Below, in pieces: positions 46,898 through 60,535 of a stretch of DNA of 64,000 bases. Position 1 is the first letter of the stretch, and every line of letters starts with the position of its first letter. The position numbers and the translations under genes were made by a program. The stretch spans positions 1,178,001 to 1,242,000 of the forward strand of contig NW_027117348.1 of NCBI RefSeq assembly GCF_038025025.1, in the 5' to 3' direction. The notes under the pieces are model-generated. The model saw only the letters and a program-made list of their open reading frames with translations, was not told the DNA's origin and did not search any database. The stretch comes from Phyllosticta citribraziliensis (taxonomy: Eukaryota).

Positions 46898-49101
46898 TTA
46901 CAACTCGCCCGCACCGCGCGCTCTGCGCCTCTCCGCCGCCGAAGCGGGAGGAGCGGGGACAAGTGATGGGCCTGGTTTAGAGACGGCGACTCTGGCGCCC
47001 ACACCCACACCAACACCCACATCCGCGCCGCCGTCTTGCTGCCGCCGCGGCGGCCCATGCCCCAGCATCTCGTGGAGCGGCTTGGGCGCAAAGGCGGTTT
47101 CGCTCTCGCTGTGGCTCTCAGGCATCTCGCGACCTTCCTCGCTTCCGCTGTCCTCGACCCAACTGCCATTAACAGCCAGCGCCTCTGATTCAAACAACGG
47201 CACGACCTCGCCGCCCGGCAGCAGCGCAGCGAAAGCGAGGTCCTGCTGCGTGTTGTCGGAGCGGCTCGACGCCGACGCGGGCAGCGCCGTGATGGTCAGA
47301 TCGCCGGTGGCGTTCTGGCGGGTGGACAGGCTCGCGCCGGCGGCATCGGCAGCGACGTCGAAGCCAGCGAGGCCGAGCGGAAAGGCAGACGACCCGGTGA
47401 CGGCGAGGGTTTTGGCGCGGTCGATGGAGCCGCCGAGGTACGTGAGGGCGGCGGTCGAGACGTAGTGGACAAACGTCGTCAGCGGGTAGGCGGCTTGGCG
47501 GGAAAAGGCGGAGACGCCATCTCTGCCCAGCGCGTCGTGAATCGACGTGTTTTGGATCGTCAGCTGGTCGGTGCCAGCCGCCGAGTAGTTGTTGTAGTTG
47601 GAAAAGTGCAGCTCCTGCGTCCAAGTGTGCGGCGCGCCGTTGATCGTGGCCGAGACGGACAGGCTGCGCGACACGTTGACGGCGAATTCGAGCGTGCTGT
47701 TTGTCCCATTGACCGACAGCCCGCCGTAGTCGTACCAGGTGCGGATGCTGGGCGAGGGCGCGGAAACGGTCGGTTGCGTGCCCGTCGTCGCGCCGCTCGA
47801 GTTGGAGTCCGAGTACCAGAGGAACAGCTTTCCCGTGACGACCCAGTTGCTGTTGACCGTCTCGGACAGAATGGCAGTGTTGGGGCCCGTTTCGTTGAGG
47901 CCCGCCACACGAATCTCAAACGTGTGCTCGGCGCCGTCGCTCAAGAGTCCCAACCACGGCGTGACGTCGATTTGGTCCTCTTTGAGATCAAAGGCATCGA
48001 TCCCGACGAGTGGGCGCCAGAAGCTGGCTACGACGCCTCCTGTAAAGACGATGGGAAAAGGCCACGCGACGCCGGCAAGGTTGCCATCGATCAAGAGCTG
48101 CAATTCACGAAAGGGCCAGAATCCATACAGTTCGGTGACGTCTCCAAAAGTGTCGACCAATGAGTTGGGCACGCTCGACATCCAGAATTCTTCCTCGGCC
48201 TGGCCACATGCGGCAATGGAAAAGATGGCGCGCTCGACATTTGCGGGGATGGTCAAAGCACTGGTGGCGACATCAGCCGGCAGAGCAAAGGCAGAGCCAG
48301 AATCAGACGACGACCCAGCAGCAGACACGGGCAGGATTGCGTCAGCAGGCTTGAAGGTCGCGTCGGCATCATTGTAGAACGAGGCAGTCAGAGTGGTGTT
48401 GAAGCTGCCCGTGTAGACGTCGCTCAGCAAGTTTCCGAGATCGAAGATGATTTTTTGCGGCTCTTTGAACAGGGATACGTAGGCCGACACGTCCTTGATG
48501 TAGGTACAGATGATCCCATCCGCAGTGGGCTCGGCCGTCGAGGTCCGGAATATTTCCGTATCATTAAAGTACATGATTGCCAACCGGTCGTACTGCCGTC
48601 CCCGCGACGTGACTGTCAGGTTGAAGACAACCCTGTTAAACTCACATGCCGGCGGAGCGTACTCGCCTGCAAAGCCGTTAGCGAATGGACGGGCACGGGC
48701 TAAACGAGCAGCTGCAGTATCAAACCATGTGGGATGCCACGCGTCGCGAGGTGTACGGCAGGGGGCATTGACTTACCAACATATGGCTTGCCGTAGCTTT
48801 GGCCGAATACATGGACCATGAGGGTGTCTTGGCAATCAGGTGCTTTTGGGGTGAGGACAGGTGGGTCGAGCTCCACGACATGCAATGGGGAGGTTGACGC
48901 ATTCTCCGCACGAATGGCCAACGCCTGCTGGTGCAAACGTCTGTTGGCAGCTGCAGCTGCAGCAGCGGCCGGGAGTGCAGAGAGCAAGGCTGCGAGCAGC
49001 AGCAGAAGCAGCAGATTGGACCGCGGGGCGGTTGCTGCGCGAATGGGCGGGGCGATCCGTGAGCCAACGGCGCCATGCATGATCGTGGAGCTGTACGCCA
49101 T
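46898..49101 (-). CDS. Secreted peptide-N4-(N-acetyl-beta-glucosaminyl)asparagine amidase A (PNGase A family); exons 49101-48777 and 48666-46898
   Basis: HVFGQSYGKPYVG-EYAPP, GRQYDRLA, FRTSTAEP, GQAEEEFW and PFPIVFTGGV...WRPLVGIDAFDL. Hydrophobic N-terminal signal/anchor. Start may be 49080. Confidence 0.9.
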
Positions 49102-49377
49102 GTTGGTGGCCGGCTGATGGGGGTTGATGTACGGATCCGTCTGGAAGCACCCGCAACCGCACACAGTTTTGGCTGTGCAATGGATGGCAGGCAGCAAAAG
49201 GGCGGGTTAGGTTTGGTTTGGACCGGAGTAATCAGGAGAGCTCGTTTGGGTCAATGCTGCAGGTGGCCAGCGCAAGTTGGTGGGGAAAGAGCCACGTCCT
49301 CCAATGCTCTGGGGTTTTGTAAGCAAATGGTGCATCAAGTCGGGTCTTGCATGTGCCAACCTCTTGTGGTGGACAAT

Positions 49378-49665
49378 CTAGGAGGCGTTGTTCAAGCGGT
49401 AGTGGTTCCAGAAGCGCTGAATGGCCTTGCCGGCCAGGTCGTTGTCGGGCCACTGGCTGCGAAAGTAGTTGAAGAGGCCAAACTCGTCGCGCGTAAAGAC
49501 GTAGTCGTCGGGGCGGGCGACCAGGCGAGACCACAGGCTGGCCAACTCGCGCTGGAGGAAGGCGGACACGGCGGGATCAACACCAGACTCGGACTCGCGG
49601 GCGAGGTCGAGAGCCTTTTGAAGGGTGAGGATGTCGTGCCCGTTGACTGTCTCTCCGTTACCCAT
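49378..49665 (-). CDS. Small fungal hypothetical protein (95 aa)
   Basis: Coding-like GC3 bias. LARESE...LWSRL...PDDYVFTRDEFGLFNYFR...AIQRFW looks like a conserved Pezizomycotina small protein. Start uncertain. Confidence 0.7.
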   Translation of the reverse strand: MGNGETVNGHDILTLQKALDLARESESGVDPAVSAFLQRELASLWSRLVARPDDYVFTRDEFGLFNYFRSQWPDNDLAGKAIQRFWNHYRLNNAS

Positions 49666-49849
49666 GGTGGAATAGGGTGGTTTTGTTGTGGGGAGGGCTA
49701 GGACGGGGTGGGAAGGTGCAAAGATGGCGGGGCTGTGAGGCGGAGACGGGAGGTCAAAGTGGCGTGGAGCGAAGAGTAGAGGCATGGTTCTGAGGGGAAG
49801 CAGTAGAGGGCGAGGGGCTTTTAATGGGTGGTGGGTGGGTTGACAGAAT

Positions 49850-50368
49850 GGACAGGACAGGACAGGACAGGACAGGACAGGACAGACAGAATGAGCAGAG
49901 ACCCACGTGGTAAGGCAGGCAGGCAGGCAAGAGTTTCGGCGGCCGACAGTCGAGGTCAATGGAAGCAGACGGGAGGTCAACAGAGACTTGGGGGGAGTGC
50001 AGGGTGCGGTGATGATGCTGATGATGCGTCGAGAGGGACAGAGGAGAGAGCAGCTCGAGAGTCGCGCCGGTACGGGAAGGGAAGGCGAACCAGGGCAGGG
50101 CAGGGCAGGGCAGGGCAGGGCAGGGCAGGGCAGGGCAGGGCAGGGCAGGGACTGGGGCCGGGGCCGGGGGCACACCTACACCTACACTGCTGGACCTCAC
50201 CACCAAGCCCAGGCCCAAGACAGACGGGACTGCCCTGCCATCGCAGACGCGCAACGCTCCATCGACCTGGGCGCCGGGAACTCGCCAGCCCAGCACTTTT
50301 CTCGGACGACGCCCGGCAGCAGAGCACCGCACGCACCGCACGCACCGCACGCACCGCACGCACCGCAC
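49850..50368 (+). repeat. SSR/minisatellite cluster: (GACAG)n ~49850-49885, (CAGGG)12 50091-50150, (GCACCGCAC)~5 ~50323-50368
   Basis: Directly visible tandem arrays. Confidence 0.95.
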
Positions 50369-51216
50369 CAGCGCCGCCACTTGAAGCGGGCGGTCAATGC
50401 AACAACAGTGTAGTAGATACAAACTCTAGCAGGTACTGGCACTGCTGAACCAGATCGTAGAAGGCCTGGTGCGGACAGAACCCCCTTCTCCACCCACCAC
50501 CCCCTGGGCCCGGGGAGCTTCCTCAAAGAGGCAACTGACCCTCCTCCCCATCAATTAAGCTTCATACGCGACAGCTCGCTGACTCGATTGGTTGCGGGCA
50601 CTCACTGTCCGGATGACTTGGTTGCAAGACGTCCCTCGACCTGTTTCGCCATGCGTGCGTGCGTGCTTAGCTTATGCAATGCCTCTCACTTGGGTTCAAG
50701 CGCCAGAGGGGAGCGAAGCCGTTGCAGCCGCTGCACTTGGTTCGTTCGTTGCGCCGACGCGAGACACGAGCCTCCCGCTTCACCTGCGAGCTGCGTGACG
50801 CACGCCCTAAACAACAAAAGTTTAATTGAGGCGCCTGCTGGCAGGCCTGCACGCTGGTGGGTGCTGTGTGTTGGTTGTGCGTGCCATGCTATCGGATGTG
50901 GGAGTCGGCACTTGGCAGCTGCTCTCAATTTCTTTCTTCTTTCTTCTTCTTCTTCTGTCTGTGTCCCTTTGTCCAACCCGACTCTCTGTCGGCACCGCCG
51001 TGACGCTGCAACTGGTCGGCACGGGAGGGCCCAGGGCAGGCTAGGGCTGCCGACTCGGCACCTCTCGGCCCGTCCATCCTTGTCTTCCGTTGGTTCTGCC
51101 TGCGCGTCAGCTCTCCACTCCACGCCGCCCGACCTGCGAGCTTTTTTAGAAGCTAAACCACTGCACTTGCCATGCCCACACACCCTCCGTCTCTCCCACC
51201 GCCATAGCCAACATAC

Positions 51217-52006
51217 ATGGCCATGAACCTGTTTCGCTCCTCGCCCGCCCTGCCCGCCCTGCGACGCCCCTTGGCCACCTCTCCCCCGACGTCAGCCTCC
51301 GCACAGATCCGCTCCCTCTTCTTCAGACCCCGACCATACTCGTCGCCCGCCCGCCCGCTCGCCCGCTCACGCCCGTCTCCTCTGCTCCGCCTGCGCAACT
51401 CTGCTCCCCGTCGCTTCAAGTCCGACAATGCCTCCAACGGCCCCAAACCGAACCCCACCCCCAACCTGGGCAGCCCCGAGGCCTCGCCGTCCTTTTCCCA
51501 GCGCATGCGCAAGCTCTCGCGAGAATACGGATGGGTCGCCCTGGGCGTCTACCTCGGACTGAGCGTCTTGGATTTCCCCTTTTGCTTCCTTGCCGTCAGA
51601 ATGCTGGGCACCGACCGAATAGGCCGCTGGGAGCATGCCGTGGTACAGGCCTTCTGGGACCTGGTGCACGTGGCTTTCCCGGACCTGCACAAGGGTCAGC
51701 CAAAAGCGGAGGAGGTCCTTACGCCGACGGAGCCAGGTCAAGTCAAGGATGGTGCCGTGCACCGGGTCGACGAGGCCAACAAGTCCAATACGGGCGACGA
51801 AGCAAGTACGTACAGTGGCTGCTGCACCTCTGACTCGTCCCACTGACGGAGCCGCAGCAATTTGGACCCAATTGGCCCTCGCCTACGCCATTCACAAGTC
51901 CTTCATCTTCATTCGGGTGCCCTTGACCGCCGCCGTCACCCCAAAGGTCGTCAAGGTGCTGAGGAGGTGGGGCTGGGACATTGGAAAGAAGAAGCCCAAG
52001 GCATAG
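51217..52006 (+). CDS. DUF1279 / FAM210 / Nat2-like mitochondrial protein; exons 51217-51805 and 51858-52006
   Basis: Arg/Ser-rich targeting presequence, LSREYGWVALGVYLGLSVLDFPFCFLAVR and WTQLALAYAIHKSFIFIRVPLTAAVTPKVVK. Confidence 0.9.
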
Positions 52007-55000
52007 CGCGCGCAATTGGATCAGGGTGTAAGATTTGGAAAGTCTTGGTGCTGCTGACGGCATTTGACCGAGTCTCTCCCAGGCCAGCACATCATGTACC
52101 ACTCAACTCGCCAATATACATCAGCTCAACGTGTAAATACCAGACCGTTGATTCGCGGACCCGTCTCCTGCGACAACTTGCGCCTGGGAATCCAGATTAG
52201 GTTGTCCAACACCATGCTCCCCAATCCGCCTACCTGGTTGTGTCGGACGCGTCTTCGATGACCGAGCAGCCACGATTCTTCGTCCGAAGCTTGGTTTGGC
52301 CGTCGTGATTCAAACATACATGTCAAAATTAGGTTATACCAGCATGGCCTGACCTGTCCAAAGAGCCCCAAAGCAGTGTTCGCCAACGTCAACGCGCATG
52401 GCAGCCGACCCACCCATCATCAGATCCAACCTTTCAGCACAAGTGCCCCTGCGACCCCAGCCGAGCCGCACCTGACTGACACCCTCCACAAGACATGTCA
52501 CCCCGGAGCGAAGGCCGGCTCGGAGTGAGCCGAAAAGAACCTTAAATCTTAACTGACGTCAGGGTCAGTTCAGTCTTGCGGCTCTTTTGGCCTGCGTGGG
52601 CCCTCACCGCCAGCCAGAGCGGCCAGCCCGCTGGTCCAGCCCTGCCGCCGCAACAGCTCGAAAAATTTCCCTGCCCCAACTGCGTGCTCCTCCCTACGCG
52701 CCACCACACGTGCGGTGCCCACTGTGGTCCCGCTGCGTCCATGCCGGTTGACGTAACAGCCTTTTTTGTGTCGTACGCCTGTCTACGTACTCTTCAGGCC
52801 CGATACTTTCCGCCCAGCTGGATGCATAATCTGAAATTGCATCCACCTACCTATCATCGCTATACTCTCAGAGATTCGCCAGCCCAAACCCAATAGTGAC
52901 CGGTCTTGGCGGGCAGGGAGGCATGGGGTACAGCCATTACGTATGTACTCTGTCCCCTTGGCCACGACATGCCTGCGCTAGGTACATGTACGTAGCGAGC
53001 ACGAGGTGCCTCGGGACGGGCACACGGCTACCTCGACACTTTGCTCGTGTATAAGCTTTTGACCTCGTCTCTTGTGGGTTTTGGAGTTTGTTAGACGGCG
53101 AGACGGGAAAGCGTCATCTGCATGATTGTTCCTCCGTCTCCGGCCCACGTCGACGCTGACCCACCTTGCCTACCTGCCCATCTAGACAGCCACCATGTAC
53201 TGCTACCATCGACTTGCGCTCTCTACCGTTGCCAGTCCGTCGGATCAACGCCCCTGCGTGGTCGACGGCCGCCTGGGAAGCTCCCTGCTCTCCGTCAGGT
53301 CCAGCAACAAGAGTCTTCACTACACCTCCCTGACACGATAGATCTAGATCGCGCACGGCGGCGGCGCCGGCGCGCGTTGGGACATCGTTTTCCGCCAGCC
53401 CTGCGCATATGCTTTTCCGCCCTCGTCGACCACTCGTCGAGCAATAATCCAGCCAACCAGCGGCGCTGCTGTGCGGACTGGGCTGGCCCGCCACGCGGAA
53501 CACTTCCCCGTCGACCACGCGCGCCGCGAGCCCGCCGTCTCGTCTCGTCTCGTTTCTGCTGTTGTACCGTACCTGCCCGCCGGTCGTCGTCGTCGCCCCA
53601 GTGCCGCGCTGTTGGGACTGCCTGGCCATATACGGTACGGTGCCTGCGGTGGAGATGCAACGGCAGCAGGCGGGCGCGGTGTGCTCGGAAAAGCCGCTGC
53701 TGGCGTTGCGGTGCTTCGGTGCCACATGCACGCCGCGACGGACGGCCGGTGTTCCGTTGGCTCCCCGCGGTTCCTGAGATCTGGAGTGGAAGAGGCGGGA
53801 GAATGGGCTGCAGTTTTCACGGTGGTCTCTGCCGCCCTTGAGGAGTAACTTGATGTCGCCTTCCCAGCCAGACTGTTATATCCAACACATCACTGTATGA
53901 GGCTTGCTCAGAAGAGCAGAATTTGGCGCTGGCCGGCCAAGTGCCTCGACGAACCGTAACATGGTACACGATAGGACGACAGTGCCTCTTCTGGCGCGCC
54001 GTCCTCACACCTACAGTACATACATTCCACCAAACACAATTGAAACCCAATCCAACAATAAACAACAACAGTAAACAACAAGCCTCGCTCGCTCGCATCC
54101 CGCATTCGCACATCCCCCATCAAGCCATCAAGTCAGCCTGCCTCGTCTCGTGCGCCCTCCACCACCACCACCGCCGCAAGCAAGCAAGCATCAGCACAAC
54201 AACCCCTGCCTTCCATAACCTTCCATGCACCATCTGACTGGTGCGCCACCCTCCGCCAAACTCTAAACCACGCGATTTGGACCCTGAGAATGCCATGCCA
54301 TGCAGGCATGCATGCTTTACGCATGGCATGGCGCGGACGCCACGCCGCCGCGCCGCGTGGGGGGGGCGACGACTGCCGCTGCTGAGCGGTTGCGTCAGGT
54401 TTGCGTTATCTGCCTCGCTCTCCTTTTTCTTCTGTGGCTGCTGGTGGTTGCTGCTACTGCGCGCCTTTGGCTCTCGTCCATCATGTCATGTCTGGCTTGG
54501 TCGCGTCGAGCGAACGATCCAACCAGGGATACCGCTACCCCCAGCGTCACTATACGAAAAATGCAAAAGCCGCGCCAAGCCAAACGACGGTGGGCGTCGT
54601 GTATGGAAGCGAGAGGGGCGTTCGTCGACGAGCTTGTTTCGGTTGGATTGGGTTTGGGTGGGCCCCCCCTGGTGTTGGTGCTGCTCCTCGGTGGCGATTA
54701 TCGTCACTCGTCTCTCGTCACCCGTCGTCGAGGTCGGTTCATCTCGGCCGACGCCGACCATCCCTCCGCGCCCCAGCAGACGTGTCGCGTACGACGCCTG
54801 ACTCTGAATGGCGCTGGGTGCGGGCCTGAGTCGAGCAAGCAACGAGCCAGCCAGCCAGCCAGCCAGCCAGCCCACGCAAACTGAAGGATTTTCTCTCTTG
54901 CTGTGCGGCGGCGGCGGCGGCGTCGTCGTCGTTGTCGTCACTTCCGCGGATCTGCTGTTTGGAGGCAGAGGCACGGCTGATGACGAAATGGCCGCTGCGT

Positions 55001-58000
55001 CTGGCGCTGCTCTGCCTGACGTACCGCTCTGTAGCCCTCCCTGCGCCGTGGCGGGCATATGGGCTGGCACTGACTGACACTGACTGACTGACGCCGACGC
55101 CGACACTCCCTGACACACTGACACCGGCACTGGCACTGACACTAGCCGGCACCGGCGGAGGCGGCCGGCCTCCCTCTTGCCCCTGAGTAGCCTCCTCGTT
55201 GTGCTGCGCTGACTAGACGCTGACACACACACACCCTCCCAAGCAGAAAAGCGCCACAGCCATCTGGCTGGTGCACCAACTGACTTCATCTGAGCGGGCG
55301 GACGACAGCGCGCCGGCCCAATCAGCGGCGCGCTGTGCTCGGCGGATGGGCGTCCGGGCGAGATGGGCAAGGAGGTGGGATCGTGCGTGCGTGCTTGATG
55401 CTTCGTCTTGCTCGTTGATCGACTGCTGTCTCCCTGGTGTGTGCTGTTGGCACTGTGCTGCCGCGTTGACGGGCGGTGTGCTGCTCGTGCGTAGCTGCCG
55501 AGGGGCATGAGCAGTGCCACCCAGCACAAGACAGTTCTGCTGCTGCCGTGCGGGTGCGTCAGTGAGTGAGCGAGCGAGCGATTGGGCTCGATGCGCGACG
55601 ATGGTTGTCTGTGCGCGATGCGTTGACTGAGGTGGTCTGCTCATCACTCACTGATTTCCAGCTGGCGCACTCGCCGCGGGTAAACGAGAACGAGAAAAGG
55701 CGTGGAGTCAGGCAAGCAAGCTCGCAGGCAGGCAGGCAGTCTACCGTATCTGTTTATCTGACAACGCGCCAGACGCAGTCCAGGCACCGGCCGGCCGGCA
55801 GGCGTATCCATCTCACCTCGAGAAGAGCAGGACGATGGATGGACGGCGAGACTGCTGGCTGAGTGAGTGAGCGAGCGAGCAAGAGCCGGAGCATTGCCAC
55901 GAAGCCCATCTCCTTTCCTCCATCCCGCGGACCGTCCTGCGATGCCGCGAGAAAGGCGTCAGACTTTTTTGTGCTCTGGCGCCCCCTGGGACGCGTCGCC
56001 GCTCGACACGATGTTGGGCTGCGACAACGACAATGACAGGCACAGCACAACCCAAGGCGCCCATCGTCAAGCAGCGTCTGGCCGTCCATCCCTAACTCAT
56101 CATAGAGTACCGAAGAAGCTGCCGTCGCGCGCTCCCGGCCAAACCCAGCGCCCACCAGCGAAAGGGGGGAGGCAGCGCCTCGAGACGAGACGAGACGAGT
56201 CGAGGGACCGTAGATATGACGACAGGGCGGGCAGCAAAAACAGCTCGAGCACCTCGAGCACAGAACGACGAGTAGCAGCATAGTTGCAGAGGCACGTCGC
56301 AGCGCGTAGGAGCACCGTTACATACAGCGGCAGCCGTCCGTGTTGTTCTCTTGCACGCGGTGCTTGGCGGCGGCCAGGAGAGAGTCAAGTCAAGTCAAGC
56401 CAAGCCGCAGATTATTATTGGCGGCGCCGGCGGCAGTGATGGGGACGCGACGAGACGAGACGAGACGCTGCGCGGTCTGTGGGGTGGGAAGAGCCGCTTT
56501 TAAGCGTCCATTCTTTGCCTGTCGAAGGGAGGGACGAAGGATCGTTATTCCTTTGTGGGAAGGGGGGGCTGCTCGATGCCAAGGGACGACGGCTTTGCAG
56601 GTGTTTTTCTCTTTTCCTCGCTGCGATCAGGGCGTGCGAGGGCTTGTTTGCTGCTGCCGTCGGCGCTGTGGCCAGCACTGTGCTGCTGTTTGCTCACTCT
56701 CCTGTCGTCCAGTTGTGGCGCTGTGGCCGGCTCATCAGGGGCTGCGGATCGCTGCTGCTGCAGCTCGTCTCTTGCGACGCGTCGTCGGTCGGCGGTGTCT
56801 CTGGTCTCCCACTCGTCCGCCTTTCGGGCTCGTTCTTTTGTCTCAGTCGTCGTCGTCCTCCTCCTCTTTGGACCAATTGACTGACTGTTCCTCAGTCGCC
56901 AGCGGTGGCTTGAAGACTTGTCTGTGCCTGGACTTGCTCTTTAGCGTCTTGCGGTCTCTGGGATGCGTCGAATCAGCAGGGCAGCGCGAACTAGGCGTCG
57001 TAATGTTGCTTACATCTTGCTAGTCACTTGCGCTGACGCTTCTGTTCCCTACTCCTCTTGAAGACGCCGAACTCGTCGCCATGTACTCTTCTAGACTGCG
57101 CAACGAGTCTCCTGGACTGCTTTTTGCTTTGGAACGAAGCTCCATGGCTGCCGAACTGCGATACTGAGAAGTGAGCAGAACGGCTGTTATCTTATGTCAG
57201 TCTGGATAGAACAAGGCGAGGACTGCACAATACAGTTTGTGGTCAGCTCAACTGAGAAACAAAGTACGGTGCCACAGTGGCGTCGAGGACTGGCAACTTG
57301 AGCACAAGGAGCTGTTGTCCATCGCCACGCATTGTATGCCTCGTGAGCTGTCGCTCATCACGTGCATCCAGGATCCAGGCACCTGCAGCCGCCGTCCCTT
57401 GTGACTCCAGTCGTCAGCCAAACATCTGCAAAGAAAAAAAGCGCACAAGAGCTGGGGACCATCCAAGGAAACGACAGAGACCAAGGTCATCAAACACAAA
57501 GGAGAGTTGAAGGCTGGTAAGAAAGCCGACTGGCACCACCCGGAAGCGTAGAGTTTGCTCAGGTCGTCGGACCAATCATCATCTACTACCCACTGCCAGA
57601 CATGACAGGCGTGGCTTTTCTGGAAGGCTGGTTAGACCATTTCCTCCTATCCGCCAACAGCACATCCTCGCTGCCTCTGCGGGCGCCTCAAAGCATTGAC
57701 TAACTACTGCCATTTTGCGTGTCGAGGCAGACTTTCCGTTTGTTCTCTCCCCTGGACATTTTACCTCCAAAGCATCTGCATCACCCCCTGTACACGGTCA
57801 CTAATCGCTCCCATGCGCACCCTGCATAGCTCAACTCAAAGCAGCGGCAAGCGCAAAGGCATCCTCAGATGTACCACTCACTCTGTCTGCCCTTTGCAAC
57901 ACCCACAATCATCGAAAACAAGAACAACAACAAAATCACGTCCAAGTCTCCAGCACAACCACACTTCAGGCGCACCAGCTCCGTCACAAAACGCTGCAGC

Positions 58001-58286
58001 CAAACCATTCGCGCCCATCCCTCTTCGTCTCCTCTCTTCGCGCCGTCCCCATCCAGGTACGCAGGCATCCATCCATCCGGCGCCGCGCCGCGCAGCTGCC
58101 GCCGTGCCCAGCCCAGCCCAGCCCATCCTATCCCATCCGCGTAACCCTTCCGCCTACCACACCGCACGCGGACAGACGGCGCACCACTCGCGACGTGACT
58201 ACCTTACAGAGTAAAGGCCCTGAGCATCACTGCTGCCTTGTATCTTGTCGTGTCGTGTCATGTCGTGGCACATTGGTTGCGCCTGT

Positions 58287-58322
58287 ATGTGTGTGTGTGT
58301 GTGTGTGTGTATGTGTGTGTGT
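58287..58322 (+). repeat. (TG)n microsatellite
   Basis: Directly visible. Other SSRs at ~11969 (GCAA)n, ~45901 (CGGT)n and ~46147 (CT)n. Confidence 0.95.
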
Positions 58323-59278
58323 CGTGCAGGGGAGGGCATTGCAGGGCAGGGCAAGCAGGGCGCCCCGTCCCGCCGCGGCTGCCGCCGACCGCTCGGTGCC
58401 TAGGTTCGTAGGTTGCATTTAGAGTTGCGGCCATGTGGGGACCGGTGACGTGCACGCGCTGCGTTTAAGGTTATTTGTGGATCCTCCGCTGTTGGCGGAA
58501 TTAGGTTGATTGTAGGCGAGATGGGGAGATTGGATGGGGGGGGGGGTGGTGGGAATGGGGTTCCGGGGGGTGAGGGGGAGGGAGAGGGAGGGATGGAGGG
58601 AGGGAAAGGGGAATTGAAATGGGAAAGGAAATGGCGAGGTGACGTCGTTGTGATGAGGTGGTGTGCTGGTGGTGGGAGGGCCTGATGGAGGGCGTGGAGT
58701 TTGAAGAAAGGGGTTTGGTTGGCTGTGGTCTTGCTGCATTGGGTTTCTGTTGCCGCTGGATGCGTTTGGATTTGAATGTCAGGTGCTCTGAGCTCTTGTA
58801 CCTGTCTGTCTTTGTCTGGTGCGCTACAAGTTTTCGAACCAAGCTTTTGACGGCGGTGAGGTAGACGACATGATATATTCAGGGGTCAGGTGGATAGATC
58901 AGAACAAGGTCTGTCTGCTATAGACGTTTCGGAAGCTCTTGATCAACAGTCTGCTGTTCTTTGTCGAAGTGTTTTGATGGTCGTGGCGAGAAGCAGAGGT
59001 GTCTCTTTGAGGACTGATGCGCGGAGTAAATAAGAGATAGGAGACAGCACATAGTACAAATGAGTAATTACATGGTGTCCAGTATAACACTACTTGAAAG
59101 CACCTGTTTCGAGACAAAGTACAATAAATCTTCTTTTGCCAACGCCGTGCTTGAATGTCGCTCCTTGTAGGCGGTCGGTAGAAATGCTTGAATGCTTGAA
59201 CGCTCTGCAAGACCTTTCTTTGAATCGGGTTGGAAACGAATAGAGCATCATGATGATTGAGGATTTGGGTCATCTTTG

Positions 59279-59723
59279 TCATTGAACCTCTTCTACATCG
59301 AATACGCTTCGGGTTGACTGCCGACTGTATTGCGTCGAAGGAAACTAAATTTGAATCAGCATGGTTGAAGGCTGAATATGGTGGAAAGAGCCTGTACTTA
59401 CTGAGGTGTGCCATCTTGATGCCGGTACTACCCCGAGCCCAATCACTGTGTCTGTTCTTCTCATGAAGAGTATTCCTTGATGCAGTGGCGGTGGTATGCT
59501 TGGAAACGTTCTTGACGATTGATAATCTTTTCAATGTCAGCAATACGTTCTGGAAAGAGCAGGGAATACAATGCCATGGAGTAGTACCGAATGCAAAAGT
59601 CTGGTCGGCTGAATGGTTTGCGCGGCGCATGCGTTTGGCCATTTGGTAAAGGACTAGAACCGTCGGGGGAGCAGAAACAACCAGAGTCACCAGGGCAATG
59701 ATGGCTTCGGCAGACAAAGACAT
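59279..59723 (-). CDS. Small single-TM protein (~108 aa); proposed exons 59723-59588, 59526-59402, 59344-59279
   Basis: N-terminal hydrophobic helix MSLSAEAIIALVTLVVSAPPTVLVLY followed by basic KRMRR. Two introns with GCTGAC/GCTGAT branch sites give an open spliced frame. Confidence 0.6.
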
Positions 59724-59969
59724 TTTGAAATGATGGAATTCTAAAGTGAGTTGCGAAGTTCGCCGGCGGACGTCTCGGGAAATTTGTATTCAACATGATA
59801 GTCGCGGTCGGATGCAAGCCTGTTTTGCTCTTTTGGTTGCGCAAGATTTTGTCTCTGTCGAATGAAGAGGCTCGCCAAGTGGCATTTTTGGGACACTCCA
59901 CGCCCAGCTAGCTGATGGGCCAAAGTTGAGAGAAGTTGGAAAGCAGAGCGTGTCGACAAGGAGGAGAGC

Positions 59970-60402
59970 GAGGTTTTGGATGCAGCCAATCAGACCGGCG
60001 TCGTATGCGAGAGGAAAATGGAACTGGCCAATCACAGCCTCCGCCCTTTCCGCCCGCCGTACGCCGATCTGGTTCTCGAACTGAGCGTTGACCAGCGCGC
60101 CGCATCATCAGCCTCATTCCTTCATCACCCTGAGGAAGCCCATGCGCCATGCAGGCTGATTCTGGCACCAGCCAATCTTTTCTTCGCAGCGCGCATCATG
60201 GCGTCCGTCTGCCTGCAGCCGTCGTGGCTGTGTTGGCGCGGCTTTCCTCGTCTTGCTGCTGCGCATACCGGGGGGAGCTTTGGCAACGCTGACCTTGGCC
60301 CCCAGATTTGAGGTTTTGGGAGCAGCCAATCAGAGGGTGGAACGGACGCCTTTCGACGTTGTTGCAGTACGACCTCTTCGCAGATTTTGGATTTTGTCCA
60401 AT
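59970..60402 (+). promoter_or_regulatory. Cluster of five CCAAT boxes in a divergent promoter
   Basis: CCAATC at 59986, 60028, 60172, 60326 and 60398. Two lie within a 25-bp repeat gaggttttgg..gcagccaatcaga (59970, 60310). Confidence 0.55.
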
Positions 60403-60535
60403 CAAGACAATCAAAAGTAGCCCTACTATCCGAGCTCGTGGGCTTATTATGGGACCTTCCGCTTCCGCTACAGCTCGTTGACGATGACATGCTCTCCGTT
60501 TTTGCCGTCGACTCCAGTCTTCCCAGCCAAATATC

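Noticed and set aside
49666..50526. ORFs with PCPAL, GQGRA and CVR repeats
   Set aside because: Translations of microsatellites.
52100..56900. Many 100-350 aa ORFs in GC-rich intergenic DNA
   Set aside because: Low-complexity Arg/Ala/Cys-rich translations on overlapping frames, with no domain or codon signal.
58899..59723. 274-aa unspliced ORF
   Set aside because: It reads through two well-formed introns. A ~108-aa three-exon model is more plausible, though unverified.
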